Assembly (NCBI RefSeq): GCF_009914755.1
Contig: NC_060929.1
Strand: one strand, 5' to 3'
Source of the DNA: the human T2T-CHM13v2.0 reference genome, Homo sapiens
Length of the DNA stretch: 64,000 bases
Every line of letters starts with the position of its first letter. Positions within the stretch are counted from its first letter, which is position 1. Positions 13,268 to 28,655 of the stretch are shown piece by piece. The position numbers and the translations under genes are program-made. Under the pieces are notes generated by a model. That model was not told the origin of the DNA. It was given only the letters and a program-made list of their open reading frames with translations, and made no database searches.

Positions 13268-14094
13268 AACTTTTGCTCTTTCTATGTAAAGATAAATTTT
13301 TGGAATGAATAAAACAAAATAAAACTTCTCTCTAAGTGCCTGCCTCATACAACTGAAAACCTTGGCTTTAAGAATATTACCTTTGTAATACATTAACAAG
13401 AATCTACTTAAGGGCTCAAAAAAACCCTCAAAATTTGGCCTCATTCCTCTTATTATTCATATCCTGAGGGCAATGAATGAAGAAAAGTCTTGTATCTTGA
13501 ATGGTGGAGGAAGGTTAGGGATTTAAAAAATTGAGAAGTCACAGGTTAATACAGAAAATTACCTCTGCTGTACCTCAGAAACAGAACTTGGATAGCATTT
13601 AAAATAAATTAATCCATTAAAAGTAAGTGAGAATTTTTTATTGATATGTTATCACCATTTAGTTTGTTTTCACACGTTAGGGGAAAATTCAATCTGCATG
13701 TGATCATATTGAAATGACAAATTAATAAACAAGATATAATATTACATTGCATTAAAAATGAGGATGAGTAGGCAATTCTCATTAAAACAATTTATTTGAA
13801 GGTTGCTCGAAAAAATTAAGCTTTATAAATACATTTGACAGAAATTCAGTTTGAGCTTTGCAGACTCGTACCTGTATAAAATGATTTTAAAAATTATGTC
13901 TAGGTTGGAACTAGCATGATAAAATTATTGTTCATTCTTCAATGAATTGGCAGACTTTCCATTAACAATTATAAAGCTCTTGCCAAGCTAAAACCGACAT
14001 CAAATTAAATCCTCAAGCCAAGAACTAAAAAGTGCACAATACTTTTAGTTTCTTTTTCAAGATTTCTATTACATCACAAATTGGCTGTCCAATT

Positions 14095-14315
14095 ATACAT
14101 CTATATATAATTGTGTATATACACACAGGCACATCCATATATACATACATAAGTACACACCATATGTACATGCATACAAACATGTACATACATACTAAGT
14201 TTATGTACATAGTGTATATATGTGTGTGCATGTGTGTAGGTATACCTTATATTAGTATGTACTTTTATATTAGTATGTACACCTTATATCTCTATCTGTA
14301 GATAGATAGTTAGAT
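14095..14315. repeat. Degenerate (CA/TA/TG)n low-complexity tract
   Basis: atatacacacaggcacatccatatatacatacat...gtgtgtgcatgtgtg plus short tandem tatattagtatgtac. Confidence 0.8.
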
Positions 14316-15429
14316 ATCTTATTTACGTATCACAGTGAATAAAGACAAATCCAGTATTTAGGCCACAATTGACTAAAATTATTGTTTGAGTTTCTAAATG
14401 CTTAATTACCAAGTCTTCAAAGGCAATGTCATTTGGGTTTTCTGGGACACATTACTTTGTAAATATAGAAATGGCTTTAGTCTTTTCATACTTTGCATCT
14501 AAATCTCATTCATCATCTAGGATTAGATAACTGTAGAAATACTAAATGTATGTTTTATATGTGTATCCTGTTTTAATATGTTTTAGGAAATAGATTTTCA
14601 AGGATGAATTAGCTACTATTGTTTCAGCTCCTAGTTGACAATAAAATATTATATATAAATTGTTCTCCTAACCTTAGCTGTCAATCACAACCTATTTTAA
14701 TAGATTTCTTTATTAAATCTGTATCTCAAGTTTTTTTCTCATTCTACAAATCCATTTGAGTTTTTAAAAAATATTTGTTTTGACAGAGAGACAGTAAAAG
14801 AGGTGATAGAAAATAAGATTGAATTTAGGCATTTATGTATTTTCTTCATATGAAAAGTATCAGTGTGGTTAGAGTTAAAGAAAATTGTTTTATTTTGAAA
14901 ATATTTCTTTCAATCTCCTTTCCAAGATGTGGATATCTTCAGTTATAGTTTCCCAATAAATTGGATTCAGTTATCAATATTTCTCATATTCATAGAGATG
15001 AAAGAAAGACAAACTTTTTTCTTAAAAAAATTAAGTAATTATTTGAAAAATCAGCAAAAGTAAAAGAATTCAATGCCATTTAGAAAGTCAGTATTTACAG
15101 AGTTCTATAGCATGGTAGTTTTTCCTTTTTATAAACTCTTACCATAGTTTATCATGCTAACCTTTAACAGGAGGGTACTTTAAAAGGCTGAGTAGATTCT
15201 ACTTCATGTTTCATTTCTATGTACATATATTATAAATGATATGCTATTAATTAACATAGGGTAAATATAATAATTTATGCAGTCAGTCTTTGGAAACTAC
15301 TGTTGCATTATTATATATAAAAAAACAAATGGGGTGTGTGTGTTCATGCACGAGTGTTCAATCCTAGTAAAAAGCATACATTTTGGCACAGATCTGGGTC
15401 TTTTTCTGAGACTCAATTTTACCATTTGA

Positions 15430-15710
<281 letters not shown>

Positions 15711-16374
15711 TGCCAATAATGTAAGATATCACAATGATTCAAAGTTACATCAAATATACGACATATATTTGAGGCTTAAAATGTAGTGCCCTTCCACTCC
15801 TTCTTCTCAACTCTCTATAGTATGATTTCAATTACTGTATTTAATTTGAAAAACTATACTTACCATTTAATACAAACTTTAAATTTTGACTCCTAAATTC
15901 TGTCCTAACCAAATAACCAATTATTTATTAATTCCATCTTTTCTTTTTCATTTCTAAGCAGACTCATTAGTGTTAAACAATCTTGCCAAATGATAAGTCT
16001 TATGGCAAAATAAATACAAAATTAGAGTAATGAAACTTTAGATATCTTCTAGCTGAACCTCTTATGTAATGTAGAAACTCAGGCCACAATATTTATGATG
16101 ATGGTTCGTTCAGCCCCTTGTCTTCATGGTTCATCAGATAACTCTCATCAATTCAGAGGCAAGGCATCCAATTTTATTGGCTCTAATTACTTGGTATTTT
16201 TACTTAAGGAGAGCCAACATACAGCTCTATGTAACTTGATTCAGCTTTTTATTCCATATAAATGCTAAAACAGTCCTTCTCCTAAATCATCTCTTTTCTA
16301 GGTGAATCATAAGCCTCTTTGTCCCTTAAGTGAAACTGGTTTCCCTCCTCCTCCCCACTGAGATCTTATCACTA

Positions 16375-16592
16375 TTACTGAGCCAGGGAATGAACTACAC
16401 ACATATTTTCTCACTTAATGATCACACTGATCCTATGAGGTGGGTGCTATTGCCACCCTTCCCTCACACTTTATTTTAGGTAACAGATGTGGAAATAAAC
16501 AAAGAATGTTCAGTAACTTAATCCAAGTTACATAGCCAGTATGAGGTAAAAATTAGTAGTCTGACTCCATCAGCTAAACTGTTAAGCACTAC
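16375..16592 (-). mobile_element. MIR
   Basis: tctcacttaat...cctatgaggtgggtgctat...acagatgtggaaa...agtaactt...catagcc...gtctgactcc matches the reverse MIR core. Confidence 0.75.
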
Positions 16593-17017
16593 AATAACAT
16601 GGATGGGCTCAATTTTATAAATGCTCTTTGTGGAATGTAATTAAATAGAAAACTATGTTCTGGATATGATTTCACCAAAGCAAAGGACTTTGCTTGCTTT
16701 ATCCTGAACACTCTTATAGAGAGTAAGAAATAATGTGAATTTATTTTTTTCTCTGTAAAACTAAGCAAGAATATTAATTTTGGGAGACAACCATCTATAG
16801 TTTCTTCTAAAAAAAATCTTCCCCCTTTAAATTTCAGAGGAACTTTAAGGGCCTCCTTCAAATCTGTGACAGATCCTATATTTCAGACAGAAGTGGGTAA
16901 AAATAGAGAATAGAAACCTTTTGTATGAGAGGAAGAATATTTAAGGTAAAGGAGAAATGCTGATCTCTTCTTTCTGGAATTTGGGGTATAGGTCTCCCAG
17001 AAGAAAATTCAATGGGA

Positions 17018-17310
17018 GGCCGGGCACTGTGGCTTATGCCTATAATCCTAGCACTTTGGGTAGCCAAGGCAGGATCGCCTGAGGTCAGGAGTTCGAGACC
17101 AGACCAGCCAACATGGGTGAAACCCCATCTCTAATAAAAACACAAAAATTAGCTGGGCGTGGCGGCACGTGCCTGTAGTCGCAGCTACATGGGAGTCTGA
17201 GGCAGGATAATCGCTTGAACCTAGGAGGGGCAGGTTGCAGTGAGCCAAGATCACGCCACTGTACTCCAGCTTGGGCGACAGAGTGAGACTCCGTCTCAAA
17301 AGAAAAATAA
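17018..17310 (+). mobile_element. AluSx
   Basis: Full dimer; TSD aagaaaattca(a/g)t(g/a)gga. Confidence 0.95.
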
Positions 17311-17840
17311 AAGAAAATTCAGTAGGAAAAATTATGGAAACTATGGTGAGGTACCAGCAGAGAGAGTCCCATCATCAGCCATGCTTGCCCCAGGCTCAGC
17401 AGTGGGAAGGAGCAGCAGATACATCATATATTTCCCTTGTTCAAGACTGTACAGTCTACTCTAGACCAATTTACTTTTCTGTAAAACCCCAGGGCAGTCA
17501 CTTCTTTTACTTTCACATTAGCAGTGTCATTATGAAATAACATAAAGAACATGCCTCCTACACCTATCATTCTTGGTTACTGCCCAGTAAGTCCCACTGG
17601 TGATCAGTCTTCTTCAGAGTTTCATCTCCATCCTTGTCTTAACTCAGCTTTCCACTATTCCTCCCCTCTGCAAAGTATAAGTGCTAACCTCTACCCCCCA
17701 ACACACACATGTGCAAACTAAGTATTCTTTCTATTGTGTACTGGAAATAATTTTTTCACAAGAAATGAACTCTATCTAGAGAGTATATGCTCCTTACCTT
17801 AACTGAATCCTGAATCCTGACTCCTTAGAGCATATTTTCT

Positions 17841-18154
<314 letters not shown>

Positions 18155-18959
18155 TAGAGCATATTTTCTGTCTCAAAAGAAATGTGCCTTTTTGCATGGC
18201 CCACATAGCTAAGGAGAGGGTAATGGCTTCAGCATCCTCCCTCCTCACTCACCAGAGCCACTTCAAGACCTTCATTTCTGCATCCTCACATAAGCTCCCG
18301 CTCCTTTCACAGCTACTGTATGAAACCTGTAGTCTACTTCTCGGCACACTCTTTCTTAACCTGTCAATTTCACAGGCATTCTTGCTCATTCAGTTAACAT
18401 TTTGGGTACTTGTTTCAAAGTTTCTTTTATATTTTTAAATCACCCCGGCATTCTCAGTGTTTATAATATGACTATGGAAAATAAACTCAGTATCTTTTTA
18501 TATCCTGCAATAGAACCACTTTTCTATATTAGTTTCCCAGCCCAGGGTCACACCATGAATTTTATTCTTACTCATTCCATTACTGAAATCTACAGGCTGC
18601 CAAATCTCATTCTGTGATGATAGCTTACACATCAACATGTCTTTGTTTTGGTTTTGTTTTGCTTTTTGCTTTGTTACACTTTCCACAATGGTTCAAATTC
18701 GTTAAGACCAGCAGTTCTTTGTTGCCTCTTTTTCTCCATGCCTTTAGTGGCTTCCTTAAATAGCTTAATCTAAAATACATGTGTTTTGGAAATATTCTCT
18801 ATTCCAGTGCCTCATTTATTTTTCCAGTTCACCATCCTCGAAAAAATTGGGACCTGGGATGAGTTCAACCCTTCATCTTTGCAGCTACATTTGGGTTGCT
18901 CAATGCTCTTAGGAAAACACACAATTTCTTTCAGTTTCCTTTTTCCCTCACAGAGCAAT

Positions 18960-19510
18960 GTAGCAGGCATAGGTTAGAAACTCCCTCAGCTCTCCGCCAC
19001 CCTAGTTCGAAACGTTACACATTCACATGCATTTCCAACTCCATTTCCAACTAAGATGGAAGTGCTGTCCTTTCTTGTCCTGCTCACTGCTTCTCCTATG
19101 TTTCAAGCCATGCCCCTGCCTCCTCAAGGCGCCCACAATGTTAACTTTCCCTCTTTTTTCTGGTATCTTAAACCTCCTTCTCTGTTGTCTTTTTCCCATA
19201 TCCAAGTGTCTTTCTTTTTTGTTTTTTTTTTTTTTTTAACTATTCTCACCCAATTTTATATTCACATTCAACATAGCTTCTCCTTTCTCTTCCTGTTTTT
19301 ATTCAAGTATCCTGAGGAAATTGCCAAATATACTGGCCGTTCCTCCTTTGTTGGATGTAATTGCTTGGCTTCTTGAACAACAGTACACTGACATTATAGC
19401 TTTTTGTACCTTCCAAGTGCTTTAAAGGTTTTCTAAACAATGGCACTCTTGCTCCTAAATCCAGTAGACAGTTCTTTTCTTGCACTATGTCTTGGAAGTG
19501 TTTTAGATTA
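18960..19510 (+). mobile_element. L2 fragment (upstream part)
   Basis: Pyrimidine-rich L2-like text including ctcttgctcctaaatccagtagacagttc. Confidence 0.45.
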
Positions 19511-19529
19511 TTTAACCAATTTTTCTTAT

Positions 19530-20145
19530 TTTTTATTAAGGGATAATTTACATACATGAAAATTAATCCTCTTAGTATACAGTTATAACAGTTTTGACAT
19601 ATGTGTACAACTGTAGAACTAATAAAATCAAGATACATAGTAATTCCATCATCCCTTAAAATTTTCTTGTGTTCATGGTAACCAACCTCTCCCCTAGTCA
19701 ATCCTCTGACCACCACTGATATATTTGCTGACCTTATAATGTTGCCTTTTCCAACATGTCATAAAAGTGGAGTCATAGAGTAAGGAGCCTTTTTGGCCTA
19801 GCTTCTTTCAAATAACATAGCGCATTTGTTGTGCACTTCATCACAATGTTGTTCTGTGTCTCAGTCCTTTTATTGCTATGTAGTATTGCACTGTATGGGT
19901 ATACCTCAGTTAACCATTCACTGATTTCAGGATATTTGGGGTGGTTCTAGTTTTTGATAATTAACAATAAATCCTGTATAAACTTTGGGATATAGATGTT
20001 GATGTAAGCATAAGGTTTTATATTTTGTAGGTAAATTCCTAGGAGTGGGAGAGCTGGGTCATATACTAACTGTATGTTTATTTTTATAAGAAATTACCAA
20101 ACTGTTTCTAGCATAGCCATGCTTTGTGTATTCCTACCAGCATAG
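19530..20145 (-). mobile_element. L1MB/L1MC 3' end
   Basis: tttattaagggataatttacatac...aaatcaagatacatagtaattccatc...aaattcctaggagtggga...gctgggtcata. Confidence 0.85.
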
Positions 20146-20931
20146 CAGGAGAACAGGTACTCCAAATGCCTAGAAATCTGCCTGGGGATAGGGTGGACAG
20201 GGCCCCACAGCACTATATATTAGGGGAGCAGGCTGGGGCACCCAGCAATGGCACACACAGAATCAGTTGCAGGTCGCCAAACTGGCCCTATCTGTTAAGT
20301 CTTGCCACCTAGAAGAAACTGCAGCTGTAGCAGCTCTCCTTTCACCCAAGGCTTGCAGTGGGGGAGAGCACAATTCCAGCACCTACTGCTTAGGCACTTT
20401 CCACAGTTCTGGCTGTGGAGGCCCCCACCTCACTCCAGAGCAAGTGCTCCAATCTCTGGCCTGAGACTAAAATGCCTGCATGGCCACACTGCTGGCTTTC
20501 TAGGTGCCCAGATTAATAATGGCGTCCTGCTCTGAGTCCTGGGTCTGGGAGAATATCTGCAGATTTCCCAGTGTCTTTCCCTCCCAACATCTCCAAGCCT
20601 TTCCCCAAGTTAGCTCCAGGGACTGGAAGAAACAAAGTGCTCTCTTTCTGTCTCAGCTTGGGTTGCTGAGATCCCCATGGGAAAGGTAAATCACAGAGCA
20701 AGGCGCTCTGCTTCTCTCATTTACTGGGGCTTCACTCACTTTTATTAGCAGGATGCCACCATAGATGCTGTTTGCAAGCATTCTCCTCTGGGATCTGGAG
20801 TGTCCTTCATGATTCCAGTGGATTCCCACTTTTCTTCTTGAATTAAAGCCCATAGTGTTGATCTTTATGTAATATCTTGCTATTCCCAAGTGGCTGAGAC
20901 ATGCTAAAGCCTCTAATCTGCCATCTTGAGA
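20146..20931 (-). mobile_element. Isolated L1 5'UTR (L1PB/L1P4-like)
   Basis: GC-richer block ending ctctaatctgccatcttg, whose reverse complement caagatggcagattagagg is the YY1-containing L1 5' terminus. Confidence 0.75.
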
Positions 20932-20994
20932 GAAAAAAAACTGCCTTTTCTTTTTCTTGTCTTGGTACGATCTCCAGCAACATATAGAATAAAA

Positions 20995-21880
20995 GAACCA
21001 CTCCTTTTTGTGACCCCCTTTCCTTGGCACCAACTTCCGTAAAAAAAATTTTCTACCTCCTTGATTACTTCTTCTCAGGCTCTTTCAGTCATCCTTTCTC
21101 TCTTCTTCTAAATGATCATTTTTTTCTCACTCTTTTTTTCTTCTTAATTTATACATGTTCACCCACCTGTCACTGAACTCATGATTTTCCTGATGTAGTT
21201 ACTCTTATCACTGCCCTATCTACTCATCGAATTACTCTGAGTGAATATTGCATCTTAATTTCTCAAAAACACTTAGAATTATGTAGGTCCAGAAAACAGA
21301 TAATTACTTCTTCCATCCCCTGCATTTGTGATCATAATGAATGATTCTAATAACCACTCACTCAAACCAGAAACCTGAGAATCTTGTGCATCTCTTCCAT
21401 GCTTAATTTCTAAACAATACAAATTATCATTTTTCATTTCAGTATTAGCAATTTCATATGGTTCCAACAATACAAGTTATCATTTAACATTTCAGTATTA
21501 GCAATTTCATATGGTTCCATCCAACTAATATATTCATTCAACCACTAAATTATCATGAATATCTCAGAAACTAATTCACTTTTTTTCACCCATTGCTGTT
21601 GCCTCTATTCTAGATTCTATCACTTCTCTCTAGAATATACAATGACAGCCTCTCAGACGGTCTTTTTCTAGTTTCCCTCACGCCCTTTCCAATGCATTTT
21701 TCAGACTGTGGCCAGCCAAGTTAAAAATCTGATCATGCTAGAACTCTTAGCTAAATATTTTCATTTTTTTTCAACACCCTCAGTAAAATCCAAACTCTGT
21801 ACCTCCAATTACCCTATATGATGTGGTGTTAGTTTAGATCTCTGTAGCCTCCCCTCTCACTACATCTCTCCTCTCTTTCA
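20995..21880 (+). mobile_element. L2 fragment (downstream part)
   Basis: ctcaaaccagaaacctgagaatc, tatcacttctctctagaa...agcctctca...aaaatctgatcatg...aaatccaaactc are L2-like. Confidence 0.65.
21413..21518. repeat. Two-copy 53-bp tandem duplication
   Basis: aacaatacaa(a/g)ttatcattt(tt/aa)catttcagtattagcaatttcatatggttcc x2, 3 mismatches. Confidence 0.95.
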
Positions 21881-22769
21881 GTTTGTACTCTTGATATCAC
21901 CCAATCTTCCCAAGCAATTCTACTGAAGTTGTGAATATGTTCCAGAGAAATAATACAACAAAACCTTCATTATATATTGAGATAAAGTCTTAAATTTGCT
22001 ACTGATTCACAAATTTTATTCATACTCATTTTTCTATGTTACCCACAAAGACAATAGTTTCTTAATCACAGCCCTCCCCAATTTTTTATGATTAATGTGT
22101 GGATTTTTGTAGCATGCCAGAAAGTATTAACAAGGCATCATTATTTCTATTCTGCCTACCTGTTCTATACATTTGTTCATACTTGAGAAAATAAAAGATT
22201 TCTTAGCTTCGAGCTTTCCGTCTATGTGCTGAATATCATAGTTTCATCATCTGGTTGTAAGGCTCAATGAGAATATATATGAGAGGACATCCTGTAAAAT
22301 ATGAAGCTCTTTACAAAATGCTTACACTTGTCATTGCCTAGTAAGGTTAAAGTCCTTTCATTTCTTATCTATGAATTAATTTTCTATAAACCAAACCAAT
22401 TGTACTGCCTATTACAATTATAAAAACTTCATACTGTTTGCCTCATTTCCATTGTAACCACGGGAATACATTTTTACCAAGAATTACCCAGGTGTTTTAT
22501 AATGAATAAACTTTGAAAAAAGTTTTATGACTACATAATTTTTTCATGATAAAGGCAGCATGTCCAGGCTACATACATTAAATCTAATAGGACATCTCAT
22601 TCATTAGAAGAGCTTTTGATTGAGAGATTAAAGTTCTTATAATCTCTGTGTTTAACATAGTTGTAATCTCTATGTTTAACAACCTTAAAATAACAAAAGT
22701 GCACAATAATAGTGATACATATAATTCAGAATACAAACGATTATCTATTTTCATGAGATTCTTGCATAA

Positions 22770-23091
<322 letters not shown>

Positions 23092-25458
23092 CAAAAATAT
23101 TTTTAAGTTACTTGTTTTTACACCAACTATTTAAAAATCTTACTATATCATTAATTTGGAAAAAATAAATCAAAGTAATCATTCGTAGGCTATGCATTTC
23201 CTGTGTATTGCAAGTCCCCCAACAGTTACTGCCTTGCAATTTTTATATTGCTATATGTTTGGAAACAATGAGTAAAGAGAAGAGGGGCAATATCTAAATG
23301 TATGCTTTACATTGAGCTCAAACAAGACAGTGTCCAAGAAAATATATCTTTATGTCAAAGAGTATTTTGCTGGTAAAAGTTTATTGATTAAAAGAGCACC
23401 TATTTATCTGCTCTAAATGCAGCATAATTTCACACAATATTTTGATCCACCACTATAGAAAAGGAAATTTGAAAAGTAGGAAATTTTATAATGAACTTAA
23501 AGGGAGTTAGTGCTCAATAAAATTTTTAAGTGAGTAAATAAATGAATAAATTACTGACAACTTGTACATTTGACAAATTTCATTTAGAAAACCTAGCATC
23601 TTTCCTTATGCAGCTTATCCTTACATACATGTTTGGTAAAAGGGCAGACTTAAAAGGTCACTAACAAGTTGAATTTCATCTTGTATTCTCTCTCTGTCTC
23701 TGTAAACCATAGGCTTATAGGCCCCTCTCTCTTTCTGAAAGTCTCAAATTACATAATTGCTTTAAAATGTGATCACCTGACCAGATGCCTAATTTATTTA
23801 ATATAACTTGTTTAGCTGAATCAATTTAATTTCTAGGCCATATGTTCACACAGTTATTTCACTTAATCCATTTCAAGGTGGCTTCCTCTTTTGTGCCTTG
23901 CTGATTCACCTCCCTTTGATTGATCCAACTCTAGAATAAGTAATGACCTACATGAGAATTTTAGAATGACACTGTTGAAAAATCAAAAGACACATTCTAT
24001 TCATCTTATCAGGCCAAGCATTCCAGGAATAATAAGCCTTCTTTGAATTCTGTGTCTTGCCTTTTTCTTTCATAGAAAATGAAAGGCTTAAAAAACGTAT
24101 GTCCTAATCATGCCTACAAATGAAAATATGAATATTGGATTATCACTGAAAGCACAATAAATTCCAGTTAAATCACAGTATGATCCATTATGTTTTCTAT
24201 AGTAATTTATCAAACATCTCCTCGCTTTCTCATGCGCAATGCCAAACTGAACATTTAACAAATATGAGAAGAGACATTTATGGAATTAACATTTTTCCAC
24301 ATAGAAATTTAGGGAGTTCTGTTTTCTCACCTTTTTACATTAGTTTGATTTTTAAAGTTTTTGGACTGTACCTGACTTTCAACTGTTTTCGCTAGATGAT
24401 CAGGTTTTGTTTCAACATGTAATTGTTTTAGGAGAAATAATGGAGATTTGAATGACACCGTTATATTCTGTGTAAATTAATCTCAAGTTTCCTCCAGTTT
24501 GTCACACTTTAAGCTGGTCACTATAAATAAAAGAAAATGAAAGGGAAGGGAGAGATGCTATTTTTTTTTTACATTAATTGTACCCTCTCCTCTCTCCTCC
24601 TCATTCCTAGAATCATGATTCAACCACATTACAATTTTCTTCATTCTACCTGCCTCACTTTTTAAAAATCACAAAGAGATAGACAGTTGATAAATATGAG
24701 AAAATGACAGTTTCTGTACATCATTTTCTTACATACAAGATTCTGGCCTATGTTTCATATAAGGTTTTCTTTACTCACTGAATCAAATAGTCTAACATTC
24801 AGTTTGAATTATTGTTTTGTTTTTTAATAAAATTATATATTTATCCTTTTAAGTAAGTACATTAATTATAAAATATTTATTTTTCAAATGAGAGTCATTG
24901 GTATTGAATTTTATGTTATTTATCATTTAGTTCTTCAAAAGAATAAAACGTGACTTTTGCAGACTGGCTTTTTCAGTAAGAGGTTCTAGCCCTAGCTCTG
25001 GGAATTCTATAACCTTACTATGTCCTTAACACATGAAATCTAACAGATGGGTTGAAAATTCATTAATTTTCACTATGGAGTATTATATCATTTGGGTCCT
25101 AAACACATTAATGTTTGTGAGACCTGTCAACTCCTATTGATTTACCTATTTCCTCTTGAACGTTTTAAATGCTTTTTGTTTGGAAAGCATATTTCTCCAC
25201 TTTATTCTCTGTACTATCAAGTAATGAGAAATTATTTGTTGATTGACTAATTCAACAGATATAAATGGAATGGATGGAGTATTTGAAAAAAAATTGCATC
25301 ATCTAAAAAAAAAAGATGTCAAATTATATTAAAACTGAAGCACTATGAATTTTATGGTAAAAGAGGGCTATCACTCAGTGTGCAAGCCTAAATAACATAT
25401 TTGTTAATTCAACAAGTAGCTGTTAAATTCCCACCATAGTCAGAATAATATAGGATAT

Positions 25459-25909
25459 ATGGAGCAGATGCTGTCAGGAACCCACCAGAATCCCCCTCAC
25501 CTTGATCAGTTCACTGCATATCTGCCAGTTATCACCTATCAAGACTTCCATTCTTTGTCTGAACGCTTTCTCTGGCCACCTGGCTACTTTATTGCCTGTG
25601 GGGCAAGCTGCACCTCTATCTCCCCAGAAACAGCCTTTAGCCACAGATTGATGGGAGCTGAGATATCAATACTTATCTCCTCACCCCTCAGTTAACTCTA
25701 AGGTACCTGTTTTATACTGGATCCCAGATTTCTCTGACAAGATTCGGTTCCATTTAAACACAATAGTAACTTTCTTAAAAATAAACTGTCTGTCCTTGCT
25801 GTCATTCTTTTCACTCCTCTAATATTATTTCCAAAGATGACATTCTAAAATAATTACTTGCACTTCAGTCTTCGTCTCAGTTTGCTTCTCAGGAAACCGC
25901 ACTACGATA
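25459..25909 (+). mobile_element. LTR16-family solo LTR (ERVL)
   Basis: Start gcagatgctgtc...cagaatcccc; end aataattacttgcacttcagtcttcgtctcagtttgcttctcaggaaaccgcactacgata resembles the LTR16 3' end. Confidence 0.7.
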
Positions 25910-26044
25910 GATATGGATATAAATATAGATAAATGGACGTAGAGTAGACATATATAATTGCCTATTTGTCATCATTATCAACATCAGCATCATCATCATA
26001 ATCCTTAGCAATATCATTCAACATCAAGACCACCAACACTACAA

Positions 26045-26215
26045 CATTAATAAAATTTTATTGCTATGAAATCAGCCAAGAGCTTCATGCACATTAAATT
26101 GTTTAAAATTCTTATGATGGTCCTGAGATAAGCACTCCTATTTCTCTAAGAAAACTAAGAAACAGAGAAACAGAGAGGCAATTTTCTCAAAGTCACCCAG
26201 CTTTTAGTGAGAAAA
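26045..26215 (-). mobile_element. MIR
   Basis: gcttcatgcacatta...gaaaactaaga...ttctcaaagtcacccagc. Confidence 0.55.
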
Positions 26216-27227
26216 TGTATAGTCATAGTTCAAACATTTAAATCATAGCAAGAGACTATATCTGATTTGCCATACACAAAAAAATTGCTTTTAGAGAAAG
26301 AAAGGTAAAAGGGATATGTAGTAGATCAGGGAAAATTTTGTGGAGAAAATATCAAGAGCTGGTATTTGAAAGAGCATGAATTAAACTGGAAAAAAAATTA
26401 GGAAAGTAAATAATGCCAATCGTATCACCTCATATTCTGCTAGTGGTAAATTTCTACATAGGTTCATAAAAGAATATGTAGTATGTTATTTGCAGTGTTA
26501 GCATGGTAACAGCAATTTGGGTGACTGTCAGTGGAGGAGTGGAAAGGCAAAAGACATAAGACTCCCTTTGCAGCAGTTAGAAGCCAAGACTCGATGTAAT
26601 GTAGCTACGTATACAAGAGGCTGAGTGAACACATTTAAAAACATGATGAGAATCATAGCAAAATACTATCTACATGCACTTAAAATTTTATAAAGTTTAA
26701 TAAAATATCTAATAAATATTCTATAAAAATATTTTATAAGAATATGCATTTGCAAAAGGATAAATATTGAGCGAAACAATGAGGTAGAGAGGAAAATGGG
26801 AGTGGTAAATACAATGGAATAACTATACCAAGAAACAGTAACAAGGTCTTGCACCATCCGGTGATACAGTGTTGCTAACTGGAGAGTGTGGTTAATTCGG
26901 CTCTGTTCCTGAGCTTCAATTACAACCAAGAACAATGAGAGCAACAATACAATATAAAACATCTTCCATTTCTGAGCCTCTGAGAACTGAAGTCAAGTGA
27001 ATGAGCCACACAGTGACAACTGGCTGAATCAAGGCTCAGCCTCAATGGGTTTCCTTCAAAGTCCAAACTCTTAATTACAAGTTCCCTCCCACCCCCCTAT
27101 GCTGTTTAATTCAAATATTTCATTAAGTTTTCAAGCATTCTTTAAAAATAATATTCAAAACAATGTAAATTTTTCAGTGTACTTATATTAAATTCAGATT
27201 TTTAATATTTTAATTATTAAAAATGTA

Positions 27228-27552
<325 letters not shown>

Positions 27553-28439
27553 CTAAGAGTTACTAAAATTAGTCCAAATAGTAATTTATAAAAATGAAAA
27601 ATGGAGCAGGTACATCCAATTTAGCTTAACACATTTCGGGGGTCAAATGTTCACGTAAGCAGGAGCTATAAAAAATATTTTGTAAAGATTCTTTAGGAGA
27701 TATTTTACAGGATGAGATGCCAGTCATCATTTTGAATTACAATTGAAAAATCATTCATTGCATACATTGAGGCCACATTTTATAGGCAACATCTTTATAT
27801 TTAAAGTCCACTAGTAAGTTTTTCTTTAAAATGATTACTATTCTATGGAAATTTTCATATCAGGGAACAAAAAAAGGAACACAAAGTAATAAACTCTGCA
27901 GTGATAAATAATTTATTAGAACAGTATATTTTTTCACTTCAGAGTATGATTAATAAAGAATTTTTCTCAGTTTGTATTATAATATTCTGGTATCTATAGG
28001 CAACTGCAAAATAATGTTTATAGCATTAAAAAAATCAAGGTATTTCCCAAGCTACAAAAGTTATCACCAATACAAAGAAAACTGAAGCTGTAAACACTGT
28101 GATCACATAGTTAAATACTTAAAGGAATTATTTTTAAATAGTGCAGAGGTTTTGTGAACATAAATTTTCATTTTTCTAGAATAGGTACTTAGGAGTCTAT
28201 TTGTAGACTATATATGTTAATTTTTGAAGAAACTGCTGAATGGTTTTCCAGAGTTGCTGTACCATTTTACACTCTCACAATCAATGTGAGATCCACTTTC
28301 TTTGTATTCTCAGTAAAGTTAAGTGATTTTTTAAACTGTCATTGAAGTCACATGATAGCTCTAGAACAGTGATTTTTAAACAACCATAGTGTCCATAAAA
28401 TTACAGGGAGTTTAAGATGCAGATGTCCCAATTATTATT

Positions 28440-28655
28440 AATGATAATAGCTATAATTTATTGTGCCTCTAATGGGCCAGGTTGTCCCTAGGCTGTTTGG
28501 TTCCCTCACCTACTTTTTGAGGTAGGTTATTATTACCATCTTAATGGTAAAAAAAACTTATACCTCAGAATGATTTAATAACATATTGACAACCACACAT
28601 ACAGTTAAGGAGAATGTCAGTTTGAATTCAAAACCAAAAACTATTTCATTAAGCC
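28440..28655 (-). mobile_element. MIR
   Basis: ataatagcta..atttattgtgcct..atgggccagg...gaggtaggttattattacc...cagtttgaattc. Confidence 0.6.

Noticed and set aside
16270-16310. ctcttttctAG|GTgaat composite splice-like site
   Set aside because: Weak donor, and it appears to lie in a CR1/L3-like relic
19303-21033. 137-aa and 126-aa minus-strand ORFs
   Set aside because: Lie within L2 and L1 UTR relics; no protein-family signature
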